DNA from: Desulfotalea psychrophila LSv54
GTDB taxonomy: Bacteria > Desulfobacterota > Desulfobulbia > Desulfobulbales > Desulfocapsaceae
Assembly: GCF_000025945.1 (NCBI RefSeq)
Contig: NC_006138.1
Location: 2,520,001-2,552,000, forward strand
Length of the DNA: 32,000 bases
Direction: 5' to 3'
Shown: in pieces, positions 19,501-26,595 of the stretch
How the letters are laid out: each line of letters opens with the position of its first letter
Position numbering within the stretch: position 1 is the first letter of the stretch
Program-made: the position numbers and the translations under genes
The notes under the pieces: generated by a model
Database searches by the model: none
The model's input: the letters and a program-made list of their open reading frames with translations, nothing else
What the model was told of the DNA's origin: nothing

Positions 19501-20307
19501 GTACTGGATCCCATCGAACAGAGGTCCAAAGTACAGGTGAATTTCACCAGAAATAAGCAGGAGGCCCTGCAAAGAAATCAGAAGGGGCTGTCATACCTCT
19601 ATCAACTGCAGTTCAAAGGTCAGCTTAAACCTCTGAGAAAGTCCTGTTCAAGTGCACTCTCTGCCCCATCTTCCCTATGGCTAGTAAAAAACTATAGCGA
19701 TAGAAAAGAGGCAAGCGACCATCTACTGCAATTTATCCTTCAGGGGATCTTTGATCTCTCCGAGGCAACTCTTCCTGGCAAAGAGTCATTCGCCAAGGTA
19801 ATAGGTGAGGTTCAGAAAATGGGTCTCTTGCAAAGAGGCAACCTCATATGTCAAGATATTGCAGAGATTTTTCGCTTGAGACGAGAGACAGCTGAATTAC
19901 TGGAGAAGGTCTTTTTAACCCGGAAAAATGCCAACAAAGAGAAGGAGACATTCTCTCTCCTTATCGAAGAGATTCTGCCAAAGACGTTTTTACAAGAAAA
20001 AGAGATCGACCTGAACTCCTGCCGGAGACAGTTCAGGAGTCTTCAGGTAAGACTTGAACGTTTCAGTGCAAACCCCGTTAAAGATGGGCAGAAAAATGCC
20101 CTCCTCGCACCGCATTTAAAAAATATAGAGGTGGCGGAAAAGACACGGGAAAAACTGAGCGATGAGGCATGTCAACTTCTCGACCAATATAAAAAAATGG
20201 TTCAAGAATTTCGAATTTCTGTCTTTTCACCGGAAATAAAAACACAGATGCCTGTTTCTGACAAGAAGCTCCTTCAGCACTGGCAAAAAACCAAATCATT
20301 TATCTAA
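16534..20307 (+). CDS. hrpA: ATP-dependent RNA helicase HrpA (DEAH-box, with HA2/OB and long C-terminal DUF3418-type region)
   Basis: 1257 aa with GDTGSGKTT, DEAHERN, TSATID, VATNVAETSITV and QRKGRCGR. The long C-terminal region is characteristic of HrpA rather than HrpB. A likely alternative start is MSKLLTILP at 16570. Confidence 0.9.
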   Translation: MYHIFFPTSIITMSKLLTILPIDKHKDEIITAIKENQVIVIAGDTGSGKTTRLPQYCLEVAQEGKLVGCTQPRRLAAVSVAARVGEEVGRSEEVGYKIRFHDYTTAKTKIKFMTDGVLLAETKSDRDLRKYSILIVDEAHERNLNIDFLLGYLKRLLPRRPDLKLIITSATIDTASFAKHFNNAPLISIEGRTFPIDLRYAPIADEDEDYLEHCTGVVSQLFLRERPADTLIFLPTEKDIRNCCEMLAKHIPNVEILPLFGRLQGSDQRRIFQPCPQGKIAKIVVATNVAETSITVPGIRYVIDSGLARMTYYSVRSKTTSLPIQKISRASCDQRKGRCGRVSSGTCIRLFAEEDYLGRDEFTLPEIKRSNLAEVLLQMSSLKLGDPNKFPFVDPPATSTIRDGYALLQELGAIKGYELTLRGKIMADLPIDPCISRILIEASSNSCLRETMIIAAALSVQDPRIRPAEKEKEADQVHQRFAHKHSDFMALLNIWNSFHEEEEKKSWSRLKKFCKSNFLSFQRMREWLDLHEQLCRIVKRYKEFSFNENDGSYEQIHRSILAGFLRNIALKKEKKIYMGAGNRELMVFPGSHLFQSAGQWIMAAGFLDTNRLYALTVATIEVDWIEPLAKSLCRYSWANPRWEKKTGQVIADEKVTLFGLVLLASRRVNFGKRDKKNRAEARRIFIESALLSGDLWGKYPFLKNNLTLVSQWQETEERLRKRDIVYSDTALHQFYQDRLGEDVYDRTSLEKFLKQTEDKKALFMTEQDILRRTPETSEYADFPTTIQIGSLSLKLSYTFDPRGNRDGLTVHIPVDLADTISPGRFDWLVPGFLKEKITFLLKGLPKSLRKKLVPINSSVDRIMDDISTKAQSPSGNMLSCLESSILKLYRFNLQRSDWPQELPHHLTPYFVLEADSGKEVCSGNNLKQMLTGTPNKGAISQEQFSLKKDAQIIVDKWKGWEGDSWAFDQLPASIPLYNKQGSISGFLFTVLDPIEQRSKVQVNFTRNKQEALQRNQKGLSYLYQLQFKGQLKPLRKSCSSALSAPSSLWLVKNYSDRKEASDHLLQFILQGIFDLSEATLPGKESFAKVIGEVQKMGLLQRGNLICQDIAEIFRLRRETAELLEKVFLTRKNANKEKETFSLLIEEILPKTFLQEKEIDLNSCRRQFRSLQVRLERFSANPVKDGQKNALLAPHLKNIEVAEKTREKLSDEACQLLDQYKKMVQEFRISVFSPEIKTQMPVSDKKLLQHWQKTKSFI

Positions 20308-20311
20308 GGCT

Positions 20312-20434
20312 ATGAATAAAGTCACCATTGGCGTTCTTTTCTGTCTGGTCAGCCTGATCCTTATGCATAATGGGCGAGCAGGCATTGGCATTCTCATCTT
20401 TTCAGCAGGGATTATCCTGATGAACAAAAAATAG
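20312..20434 (+). CDS. Possible small hydrophobic (two-helix) membrane peptide, 40 aa
   Basis: An ATG 4 nt after the hrpA stop opens a frame to TAG at 20432-20434: MNKVTIGVLFCLVSLILMHNGRAGIGILIFSAGIILMNKK. It has two hydrophobic stretches, basic termini and a polar turn. It falls below the ORF-track length cutoff. No clear Shine-Dalgarno (AAGG lies only 3 nt upstream), so translational coupling to hrpA is possible. Confidence 0.3.
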   Translation: MNKVTIGVLFCLVSLILMHNGRAGIGILIFSAGIILMNKK

Positions 20435-20758
20435 CACTATTAAATGGTGCTATAACCGTTTAGGGAGAGCAGCATACTGATAATAGTGTATTATCGCCTG
20501 ATTTGCGGGATATAGACGCGAGCGCCCTCTCTACGACAGAGGAAAAGTGCAGAGATAGGCACTATCTAGTTACTAATAGTGAGCTCTTTACCTGTCTAGT
20601 AAATGATCTTTTTGAATCCGGTATTCATACTCCATCATCGTACAGCCATTGCCGCCACTGCTCCACCAAAACGACCTGCCTACAGTATTCATAATTTCAA
20701 CTTTCTCATATTTCTGTGGGAGAGTAATATAGAACTACATACTCTTTGAGAGAAGTTA

Positions 20759-20929
20759 ATGGTTGGTTCCACCACTGATCAGGTTATCTGCAAAGCACCC
20801 TGTCCTGTCTTGGCGCTTCGACCAATGGAAAAACTAAATAAGTTATGGTCCTCAACAATAAAAACTTATCGCTGCCAATGTAAAACAAGCTCAAGAGAGA
20901 CGCATTTGATCTTATTCCTGTATCTATGA
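20759..20929 (+). pseudogene. Relic of a universal stress protein (UspA-family) gene: only the C-terminal motif is preserved
   Basis: The 56-codon frame begins MVGSTTDQVICKAPCPVLALRP. This matches the conserved USP C-terminus (..GS[VT]xxxVxxxAxCPVLxV[RK]). The sequence after it is unrelated. The same frame upstream has a TGA four codons before the ATG, and the remaining roughly 120 aa of a USP domain are missing. Confidence 0.35.
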
Positions 20930-21208
20930 ATCAGGGAAGAACTTTGGCTTCGGGTCGTCTGTTCTTGTGATAGCCCAATTGAGATTATTTACCCTCTTAC
21001 TTAAATCTGTATTTACGCTTTTATGCAAATACGTAAAACAATAGATTAACGGAAGGGGTTAAAACATTCAGACAAGACCATCCCTACCCACAAAAGTAGG
21101 TGGTTTTACCCCGCAGGTTTTCAGGGTGGCCGAATCAAATTTACGATAGAACCATGTGATGCCCGAGTATCTGTAGTGCAAAAAATAATCATAATATGAT
21201 TGATTGTA

Positions 21209-21237
21209 TTGGTATCATCGGCGGATAGAGCTATAAT
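21209..21237 (+). promoter_or_regulatory. Candidate sigma70 promoter of the hox operon (TTGGTA, 17-nt spacer, TATAAT)
   Basis: TTGGTA at 21209-21214 and a perfect TATAAT at 21232-21237, about 88 nt upstream of the hoxE ATG. A 6-3-6 inverted repeat AATCAT-AAT-ATGATT (21187-21201) abuts the -35 element. Confidence 0.3.
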
Positions 21238-21324
21238 GAACCCGTAGCCATGCAGTGATACGATTCTTCTTTAAATTTGTTCGTTCATGCAAAGGCAAGT
21301 GATCAGCTTGCTAAGGAGGGGATT

Positions 21325-21861
21325 ATGGTGCACAAAACTGATAAAATCTCACCGACCCAAGAAAACAGTGCCGCAGCAGCAGACCAAAATCACCAATGGC
21401 GAATGGTCGATCGAGCTATGCGCTCCAACGGTAATCGCCCCGAAGCTCTCATCGAAACCCTCCATACCGTCCAAAATACCTTTGGCTTCATAGATCGCGA
21501 TGCCATGGAGTATGTGGCTAGTGGGTTGCATGTTCCCTTGAGCCAGGTGTATTCCGTAGCAACCTTTTATCATTATTTCACTTTGAAACCTCCGGGTGAG
21601 CACACTTGCGTCGTATGTACGGGAACTGCCTGCTATGTCAGCGGGTCATCTGCCCTGCTTGAGACTATTCATAACACTGTCGGTATTGATCCCGGTGAGA
21701 CAAGCCAAGACGGCAAGGTCTCATTATTGACTACCCGCTGCCTTGGCTCGTGCGGTTTGGCTCCGGCTGCAGTATTTGACGGGCAGGTAGCTGGCAAGCT
21801 GCAATCGGCAACTATTGAAGAAAAAATGAGAGGATGGATGCGCCATGACCCTGACGCTTGA
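21325..21861 (+). CDS. hoxE: Bidirectional [NiFe]-hydrogenase diaphorase subunit HoxE (NuoE-like, thioredoxin-like [2Fe-2S])
   Basis: NuoE/24-kDa pattern: [16 protein letters not shown]...ATFYHYF, and the cluster ligands CVVCTGTAC...CLGSCGLAP. The preferred start is the ATG at 21325, preceded by AAGGAGG; the ORF-track TTG at 21277 looks less likely. Confidence 0.88.
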   Translation: MVHKTDKISPTQENSAAAADQNHQWRMVDRAMRSNGNRPEALIETLHTVQNTFGFIDRDAMEYVASGLHVPLSQVYSVATFYHYFTLKPPGEHTCVVCTGTACYVSGSSALLETIHNTVGIDPGETSQDGKVSLLTTRCLGSCGLAPAAVFDGQVAGKLQSATIEEKMRGWMRHDPDA

Positions 21862-23497
21862 AGATCTTAACCATATCGCGGCCATAGAAAAAGAACACCA
21901 GCACAGTTTTCAACATCAGCTGAATATTTGTGTTGCTGCAGGTTGTCTCTCCTGCGGAAGCGGGGAGCTTAAAACAGCACTGCAAGAAGAGGTGGCTCGA
22001 CGCGGGCTGGATAAACAGGTCTGCGTCAAAGGGGTTGGATGCCTTGGACTGTGTTCAGCTGGACCGCTTGTTGCCCTTGCCTCGAAGAATGTACTTTATC
22101 AGGGATGCGGCCCTGCTGATGTGGAGACAATCCTCGATGCTTTGGGGGGGGCACCTGCGAAGCATTTACTCTGTTCCAGTGATATTCCCTTTTTCAACAA
22201 GCAGCGCAAGGTTGTACTTGAGTACTGTGGTAAAATAGACCCTGAACGTATTGAGGAATATATCGCGGTAGGGGGGTACCAGTCCCTATATACTGCGTTG
22301 CGTCAAATGACGCCCAAGGAAGTTATCGATGAGGTCACCGCATCTGGCTTACGTGGTCGCGGTGGCGCTGGATATCCCACAGGCCTCAAATGGTCTACGG
22401 TGTCCAAAGCAATCAATGCCGTGAAGTATGTTGTTTGTAACGCAGATGAAGGCGACCCTGGTGCATTCATGGATCGAAGTGTCTTGGAAAGTGACCCCCA
22501 CCGAGTGATCGAGGGCATGGCTATTGGTGCTTACGCTGTTGGTGCCAGGCAGGGAATTATTTATGTTCGAGCCGAGTATCCGCTGGCGGTAAAACGGCTA
22601 CAAAAGGCCATTACCCAGGCTAAGCGCATAGGCATTTTGGGGAATGGTATTTTTAACAGCGACTTTCAATTTGATATTCAAATCAGGTTGGGGGCAGGCG
22701 CTTTTGTCTGCGGAGAAGAAACAGCGCTGATTGCCTCTATTGAAGGCCGAGTAGGAAAACCGTGTCCGCGCCCTCCTTATCCTGCCGAATCAGGGTTAAA
22801 ACAATGTCCCACCTTAATCAATAATGTGGAAACCTTTGCCAATATTGCACCTATTATCCGCAATGGCGGTCAGTGGCTGGCCAGTATCGGCACCAGCAAG
22901 AGCAAAGGAACCAAGGTTTTTGCTCTTGCCGGTAAGGTGCAACAGAAGGGATTGATTGAAGTGGCCATGGGCACAACCCTGGGGGAGATTGTTTTTGATA
23001 TCGGCGGTGGTATCGCTGATGGCGGTACATTCAAAGCCGTACAGACAGGCGGCCCCTCGGGTGGTTGTATTCCAAAGCAGTTTCTTGATATGGGGGTGGA
23101 TTATGAGTCTCTTGCCAAGGTTGGCTCGATTATGGGGTCAGGAGGCATGATTGTTATGGATCAAGGCTCATGTATGGTGGATGTTGCCAGGTTTTTTGTT
23201 GAATTTTGTATGAGTGAATCGTGTGGGAAGTGTGTCCCCTGTCGGGTGGGGACCAGGCAGATGCATGATGTGCTGGGCAAGATCGCAAGCGGCCGGGGGG
23301 AGGCGTCTGATCTCACCTTGCTTGAAGAGTTGTGTGATTTGGTGAAAAATACCGCTCTGTGCGGTCTTGGCCAGGCATCGGTTAACCCGATATTGAGCAC
23401 CCTATGCTACTTTAAAGATGAGTACCTGGCTCATATTGAGGAGAAGCGGTGTATTGCTCATTCCTGCACACTACCAGTAAACAAGGAGGGCAAATGA
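21845..23497 (+). CDS. hoxF: Diaphorase subunit HoxF (NuoF-like NAD(P)H/FMN-binding, with N-terminal [2Fe-2S] domain and [4Fe-4S] cluster)
   Basis: 550 aa. The N-terminal thioredoxin-like part shows [10 protein letters not shown]...[10 protein letters not shown]. NuoF hallmarks are [27 protein letters not shown] and [14 protein letters not shown], with the N3 cluster [10 protein letters not shown]. It overlaps hoxE by 17 nt. Confidence 0.93.
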   Translation: MTLTLEDLNHIAAIEKEHQHSFQHQLNICVAAGCLSCGSGELKTALQEEVARRGLDKQVCVKGVGCLGLCSAGPLVALASKNVLYQGCGPADVETILDALGGAPAKHLLCSSDIPFFNKQRKVVLEYCGKIDPERIEEYIAVGGYQSLYTALRQMTPKEVIDEVTASGLRGRGGAGYPTGLKWSTVSKAINAVKYVVCNADEGDPGAFMDRSVLESDPHRVIEGMAIGAYAVGARQGIIYVRAEYPLAVKRLQKAITQAKRIGILGNGIFNSDFQFDIQIRLGAGAFVCGEETALIASIEGRVGKPCPRPPYPAESGLKQCPTLINNVETFANIAPIIRNGGQWLASIGTSKSKGTKVFALAGKVQQKGLIEVAMGTTLGEIVFDIGGGIADGGTFKAVQTGGPSGGCIPKQFLDMGVDYESLAKVGSIMGSGGMIVMDQGSCMVDVARFFVEFCMSESCGKCVPCRVGTRQMHDVLGKIASGRGEASDLTLLEELCDLVKNTALCGLGQASVNPILSTLCYFKDEYLAHIEEKRCIAHSCTLPVNKEGK

Positions 23498-24258
23498 ATC
23501 ATCCTGCAGCCTCTTCAAATAGTGAAAAAAGTTCAGGCACTAGCCCGATTCATATCCTGACCTTTAAAATTAATGACAGGAATGTCAGCTCGCGTGAGGA
23601 TGAGACTATCCTCTCGGTAGCTCGACAAAATGATATTGCAATACCAACGCTTTGCCATTTAGACGGCTTGTCTGAGTACGGTGGCTGCCGTTTATGCATC
23701 GTTGAAATCAAAGGCTGGGCAAAACTTGTCCCTTCCTGTATCACCTTTCCCCAGGAGGGGATGGAGATTATAACTCACTCCAAACGGGTGACAGAGTACA
23801 GAAAAAAGATAGTGGAACTTCTCTTTTCTGAACGTAATCATGTATGCGCGGTCTGTGTCTCTAATGGGAACTGCGAATTACAGGACCTTGCGGAGGAGCT
23901 TGGTCTAAGCCATATTCATTATGACTATCTCTATCCGCGTCTCGCGGTTGACGCCTCCCACGATCGTTTTATTATGGATCCAAACCGATGTGTACTGTGT
24001 CTGAGGTGCGTCAGAGTCTGTGATGAAGTCGAAGGTGCACATACCTGGGATGTAATGCATCGCGGTATCTTCTCTCAGGTGGTCGCCGACCTCAATCAAC
24101 CCTGGGGCTCTTCCCAGACATGTACCAGCTGTGGAAAATGTGTGCAGGTCTGCCCCACCGGAGCACTATCGGAGAAGGGTAGATCCGTTGGCGAGATGGT
24201 TAAACGTCGAGATTTTTTGCCCCACCTCCAGACAATGCGAGGCAGAAACAAAGAATAA
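23494..24258 (+). CDS. hoxU: Diaphorase subunit HoxU (NuoG N-terminal-like, [2Fe-2S] plus [4Fe-4S] ferredoxin domains)
   Basis: [2Fe-2S] motif [20 protein letters not shown], a His/Cys cluster [13 protein letters not shown], and two 4Fe-4S motifs [11 protein letters not shown] and [16 protein letters not shown]. The preferred start is the ATG at 23494 after AAGGAGG, in an ATGA overlap with the hoxF stop. Confidence 0.9.
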   Translation: MNHPAASSNSEKSSGTSPIHILTFKINDRNVSSREDETILSVARQNDIAIPTLCHLDGLSEYGGCRLCIVEIKGWAKLVPSCITFPQEGMEIITHSKRVTEYRKKIVELLFSERNHVCAVCVSNGNCELQDLAEELGLSHIHYDYLYPRLAVDASHDRFIMDPNRCVLCLRCVRVCDEVEGAHTWDVMHRGIFSQVVADLNQPWGSSQTCTSCGKCVQVCPTGALSEKGRSVGEMVKRRDFLPHLQTMRGRNKE

Positions 24259-24277
24259 GGGACAGGGAGAAAGCATA

Positions 24278-24811
24278 ATGAGCAAGATACGTATCGCAAC
24301 AACTTGGCTTGATGGTTGCTCAGGCTGTCATATGTCTCTGTTGGATATTGATGAGCAGTTGGTGGACATAGCTGACCAGATAGAGCTTGTATACAGCCCC
24401 CTGGTGGATGCTCTTGAATTTCCCGAAGGTGTGGATGTTACCTTTGTAGAGGGAGCGGTGAGCAGTGTTGATGATGTTGCCAAGATACAGCTCATCCGCA
24501 GGCGTAGCAAGGTGCTGGTTGCCTTGGGCGACTGTGCCGTGACAGGCAATGTGCCTGCTATGAGAAATGAGTTCCAGGTGGAGGATATCCTGAATCGCGC
24601 GTTTATCGAAACAGCGGCATGTCAGGCTCAAATTCCAATGGACGGCGTTCCGCAACTCAATGCGCGTGTGGTGCCTATCCACGCCCATGTTGCAGTAGAT
24701 CTTTTTCTCCCGGGCTGCCCACCGTCAAGTGATGCTATTTTTTTTCTGATTTCTGAGCTGTTACAGGGTCGGATTCCAGACCTTAAGGGTAGGAGTCGGT
24801 TCGGGGCTTAA
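24278..24811 (+). CDS. hoxY: [NiFe]-hydrogenase small subunit HoxY (group 3 type, proximal cluster only)
   Basis: 177 aa from the ATG at 24278: MSKIRIATTWLDGCSGCHMSLLD, GDCAVTGNVPAMRN and LPGCPP. This is the NuoB-like fold typical of short group-3 small subunits. The upstream part of the ORF-track frame overlaps hoxU and is unlikely to be coding. Confidence 0.9.
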   Translation: MSKIRIATTWLDGCSGCHMSLLDIDEQLVDIADQIELVYSPLVDALEFPEGVDVTFVEGAVSSVDDVAKIQLIRRRSKVLVALGDCAVTGNVPAMRNEFQVEDILNRAFIETAACQAQIPMDGVPQLNARVVPIHAHVAVDLFLPGCPPSSDAIFFLISELLQGRIPDLKGRSRFGA

Positions 24812-24836
24812 GCAGAGGTAAAAAAGGGGAGAGGGG

Positions 24837-26252
24837 ATGGGGAAGCAGATTGTTATTGAACCGGTGAGTCGCATTGAAGGCCATGGAAAAATCACTATTA
24901 ACCTTGATGAGGAAGGCAAGGTTGCAGACGCCAGACTACACGTAACTCAGCTCCGAGGGTTTGAAAAGTTCTGCGAGGGAAGGCCCTATACCGAAATGGT
25001 ATCTCTGACGGAGCGAATTTGCGGTATTTGCCCCATCAGTCATTCTCTTGCCTCATCCAAGACCTGCGACCAGATCATGGGGGTACGGGTTCCGGAAACC
25101 GCCACTAAATTGCGGCGATTACTTAATTGCGGAGAATTCATTCAGTCCCACAGTTTGAGCTTTTTTTATCTTTCGTCACCTGATCTGCTGCTGGGTATGG
25201 GATCAGATCCGGCTCAGCGCAATATATTCGGGGTGTTGAAGGCCAACCCTGCTTTTGCCATGGATGGTATTCGCTTACGAAAAATTGGCCAACAGATTAT
25301 TCAATGGTTTGCCGGCAAGCGCATTCATCCATCCTGGGTGGTGCCGGGTGGCGTCAATGCCCCGCTGAGTGCAGAACATCGTGACAATATGCTCTCTGTG
25401 CTGCCCGAGGCCTTGGATATCATTGAACGAACGCTTACGTACTTCAGGCAATCCTTGCATAAGCACTATAAAGAGATAGAGACCTTTGCCAATTTCCCTA
25501 CCTATTTTCTCGGGCTCGTCGACAGAGAGGGCAGGATGGAGCATGTTGAAGGCAAACTTCGCTTCATAGATGCGCAGGGGAATCTGGTTGCAGACCAGAT
25601 TGATCCTGCCTGCTATCAGGATTATATTGCCGAGGCGGTTGAATCGTATTCCTACCTCAAATCACCCTACTATAAACCCCTGGGCTACCCTCAGGGTATA
25701 TACCGGGTCGGGCCTGCGGCCAGGCTGAATGTCTGTGACGGTTGCGGTACGCCTCTGGCTGACCGAGAATGGGCAACATTCCGTAATTTGGGTAAGGGCC
25801 CGTTATTGAGCTCATTTTACAACCATTACGCCCGGCTTATTGAAATTCTCTACTGTATCGAGACATTGGATCAGTTGCTACGAGATCCTGATATCCTCAG
25901 CACGCACATACGTGCATATGCACAGCCAAACTTCAGTGAAGGGATAGGCGTTGTTGAAGCGCCTCGGGGGACCCTGTTTCACCATTATAATGTAGATGAA
26001 GATGGGCTGATGACAAAGGCCAATATGATTGTTGCCACCGGTAATAATAACCTGGCCATGAATAAGGGGGTGCTCCAGGTGGCAAAGCACTTCATCACAG
26101 GAGGAAAAATAACAGATTCGGCAATAAACCGAATACAGGCTGTGATCAGGGCTTTTGACCCCTGTTTGAGTTGCTCAACTCATGTTCTGGGACAAGAGGT
26201 ACCTTTAATCCAACTCCTGGACGCAGACGGGCATGTGGTGGACGAGGTGTAA
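24837..26252 (+). CDS. hoxH: [NiFe]-hydrogenase large subunit HoxH
   Basis: 471 aa with N-terminal RIEGHG and the Ni-binding L1 motif RICGICPISH, plus the C-terminal L2 motif DPCLSCSTH followed by a 22-aa tail (VLGQEVPLIQLLDADGHVVDEV), as expected for a protease-processed precursor. GGGAGAGGGG Shine-Dalgarno upstream. Confidence 0.95.
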   Translation: MGKQIVIEPVSRIEGHGKITINLDEEGKVADARLHVTQLRGFEKFCEGRPYTEMVSLTERICGICPISHSLASSKTCDQIMGVRVPETATKLRRLLNCGEFIQSHSLSFFYLSSPDLLLGMGSDPAQRNIFGVLKANPAFAMDGIRLRKIGQQIIQWFAGKRIHPSWVVPGGVNAPLSAEHRDNMLSVLPEALDIIERTLTYFRQSLHKHYKEIETFANFPTYFLGLVDREGRMEHVEGKLRFIDAQGNLVADQIDPACYQDYIAEAVESYSYLKSPYYKPLGYPQGIYRVGPAARLNVCDGCGTPLADREWATFRNLGKGPLLSSFYNHYARLIEILYCIETLDQLLRDPDILSTHIRAYAQPNFSEGIGVVEAPRGTLFHHYNVDEDGLMTKANMIVATGNNNLAMNKGVLQVAKHFITGGKITDSAINRIQAVIRAFDPCLSCSTHVLGQEVPLIQLLDADGHVVDEV

Positions 26253-26557
26253 GAAAATAGATTCCATCTTCAATTCATATGGGAGGCATCACTTTGATAA
26301 TAGAAAATAAAGTGCTCGCACCCGATTCCAGGGAATCATTAGACCCCCACACTTAAGTGAGTCAAAAGACCATTAAGAGAATAGGGCCTTTTGCACAAAA
26401 AAAACGGTCAGGTTTGAATTGCGGATCATAAAAAATAACAATTTATGAAGGCATCTATAATCATTAGAGTGGCCTAAGCTGTTACTCGTATATGCCACAG
26501 CACTAATTGCTTGAAATTGAACATATATTAAAACCTTGCTTACCCTTCATTCTCTTG

Positions 26558-26595
26558 AAAACGAAATGACGATTTAATCATCGTCATTTCGTTTT
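26558..26595. terminator. 16-bp perfect hairpin, probable bidirectional terminator at the 3' end of the YvcK-like gene
   Basis: AAAACGAAATGACGAT (26558-26573) pairs with ATCGTCATTTCGTTTT (26580-26595) around a 6-nt loop. T-runs follow the stem in both orientations. The minus-strand stop codon (26574-26576) lies in the loop. Confidence 0.55.

Noticed and set aside
20503-20694. A 63-aa plus-strand ORF in the hrpA-hox gap (MRDIDASALSTTEEKCRDRH...).
   Set aside because: It has a non-ATG start in the track, no ribosome-binding site and no recognisable domain, and it is Cys/His/Ser/Thr-rich. It lies in the tract I interpret as decayed DNA adjacent to the USP relic. At best it is more relic sequence, not a gene.
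24837-26252. Selenocysteine recoding ([NiFeSe]-type) in the hydrogenase large subunit, or elsewhere in the window.
   Set aside because: The C-terminal Ni ligand motif is DPCLSCSTH, with ordinary Cys codons. No in-frame TGA interrupts any hox gene.
20478-26303. A shared 9-mer TGATAATAG on both flanks of the hox block (20478-20486 and 26295-26303), considered as target-site or att direct repeats.
   Set aside because: A 9-nt match between an 840-nt and a 320-nt AT-rich segment is expected by chance about once. No integrase, transposase or tRNA is nearby.
26279-26356. A 25-codon ORF just downstream of hoxH (MGGITLIIENKVLAPDSRESLDPHT), considered as a remnant of the missing HoxW maturation protease. 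HoxW N-termini read ..TLIIGYGNTLRGDDGVG.
   Set aside because: Only the TLII tetrapeptide and one or two scattered residues align, and the diagnostic GxGN..xDDG motif is absent. That is too weak to call without a profile search. blastx of 26253-26573 against HoxW/HycI would settle it.
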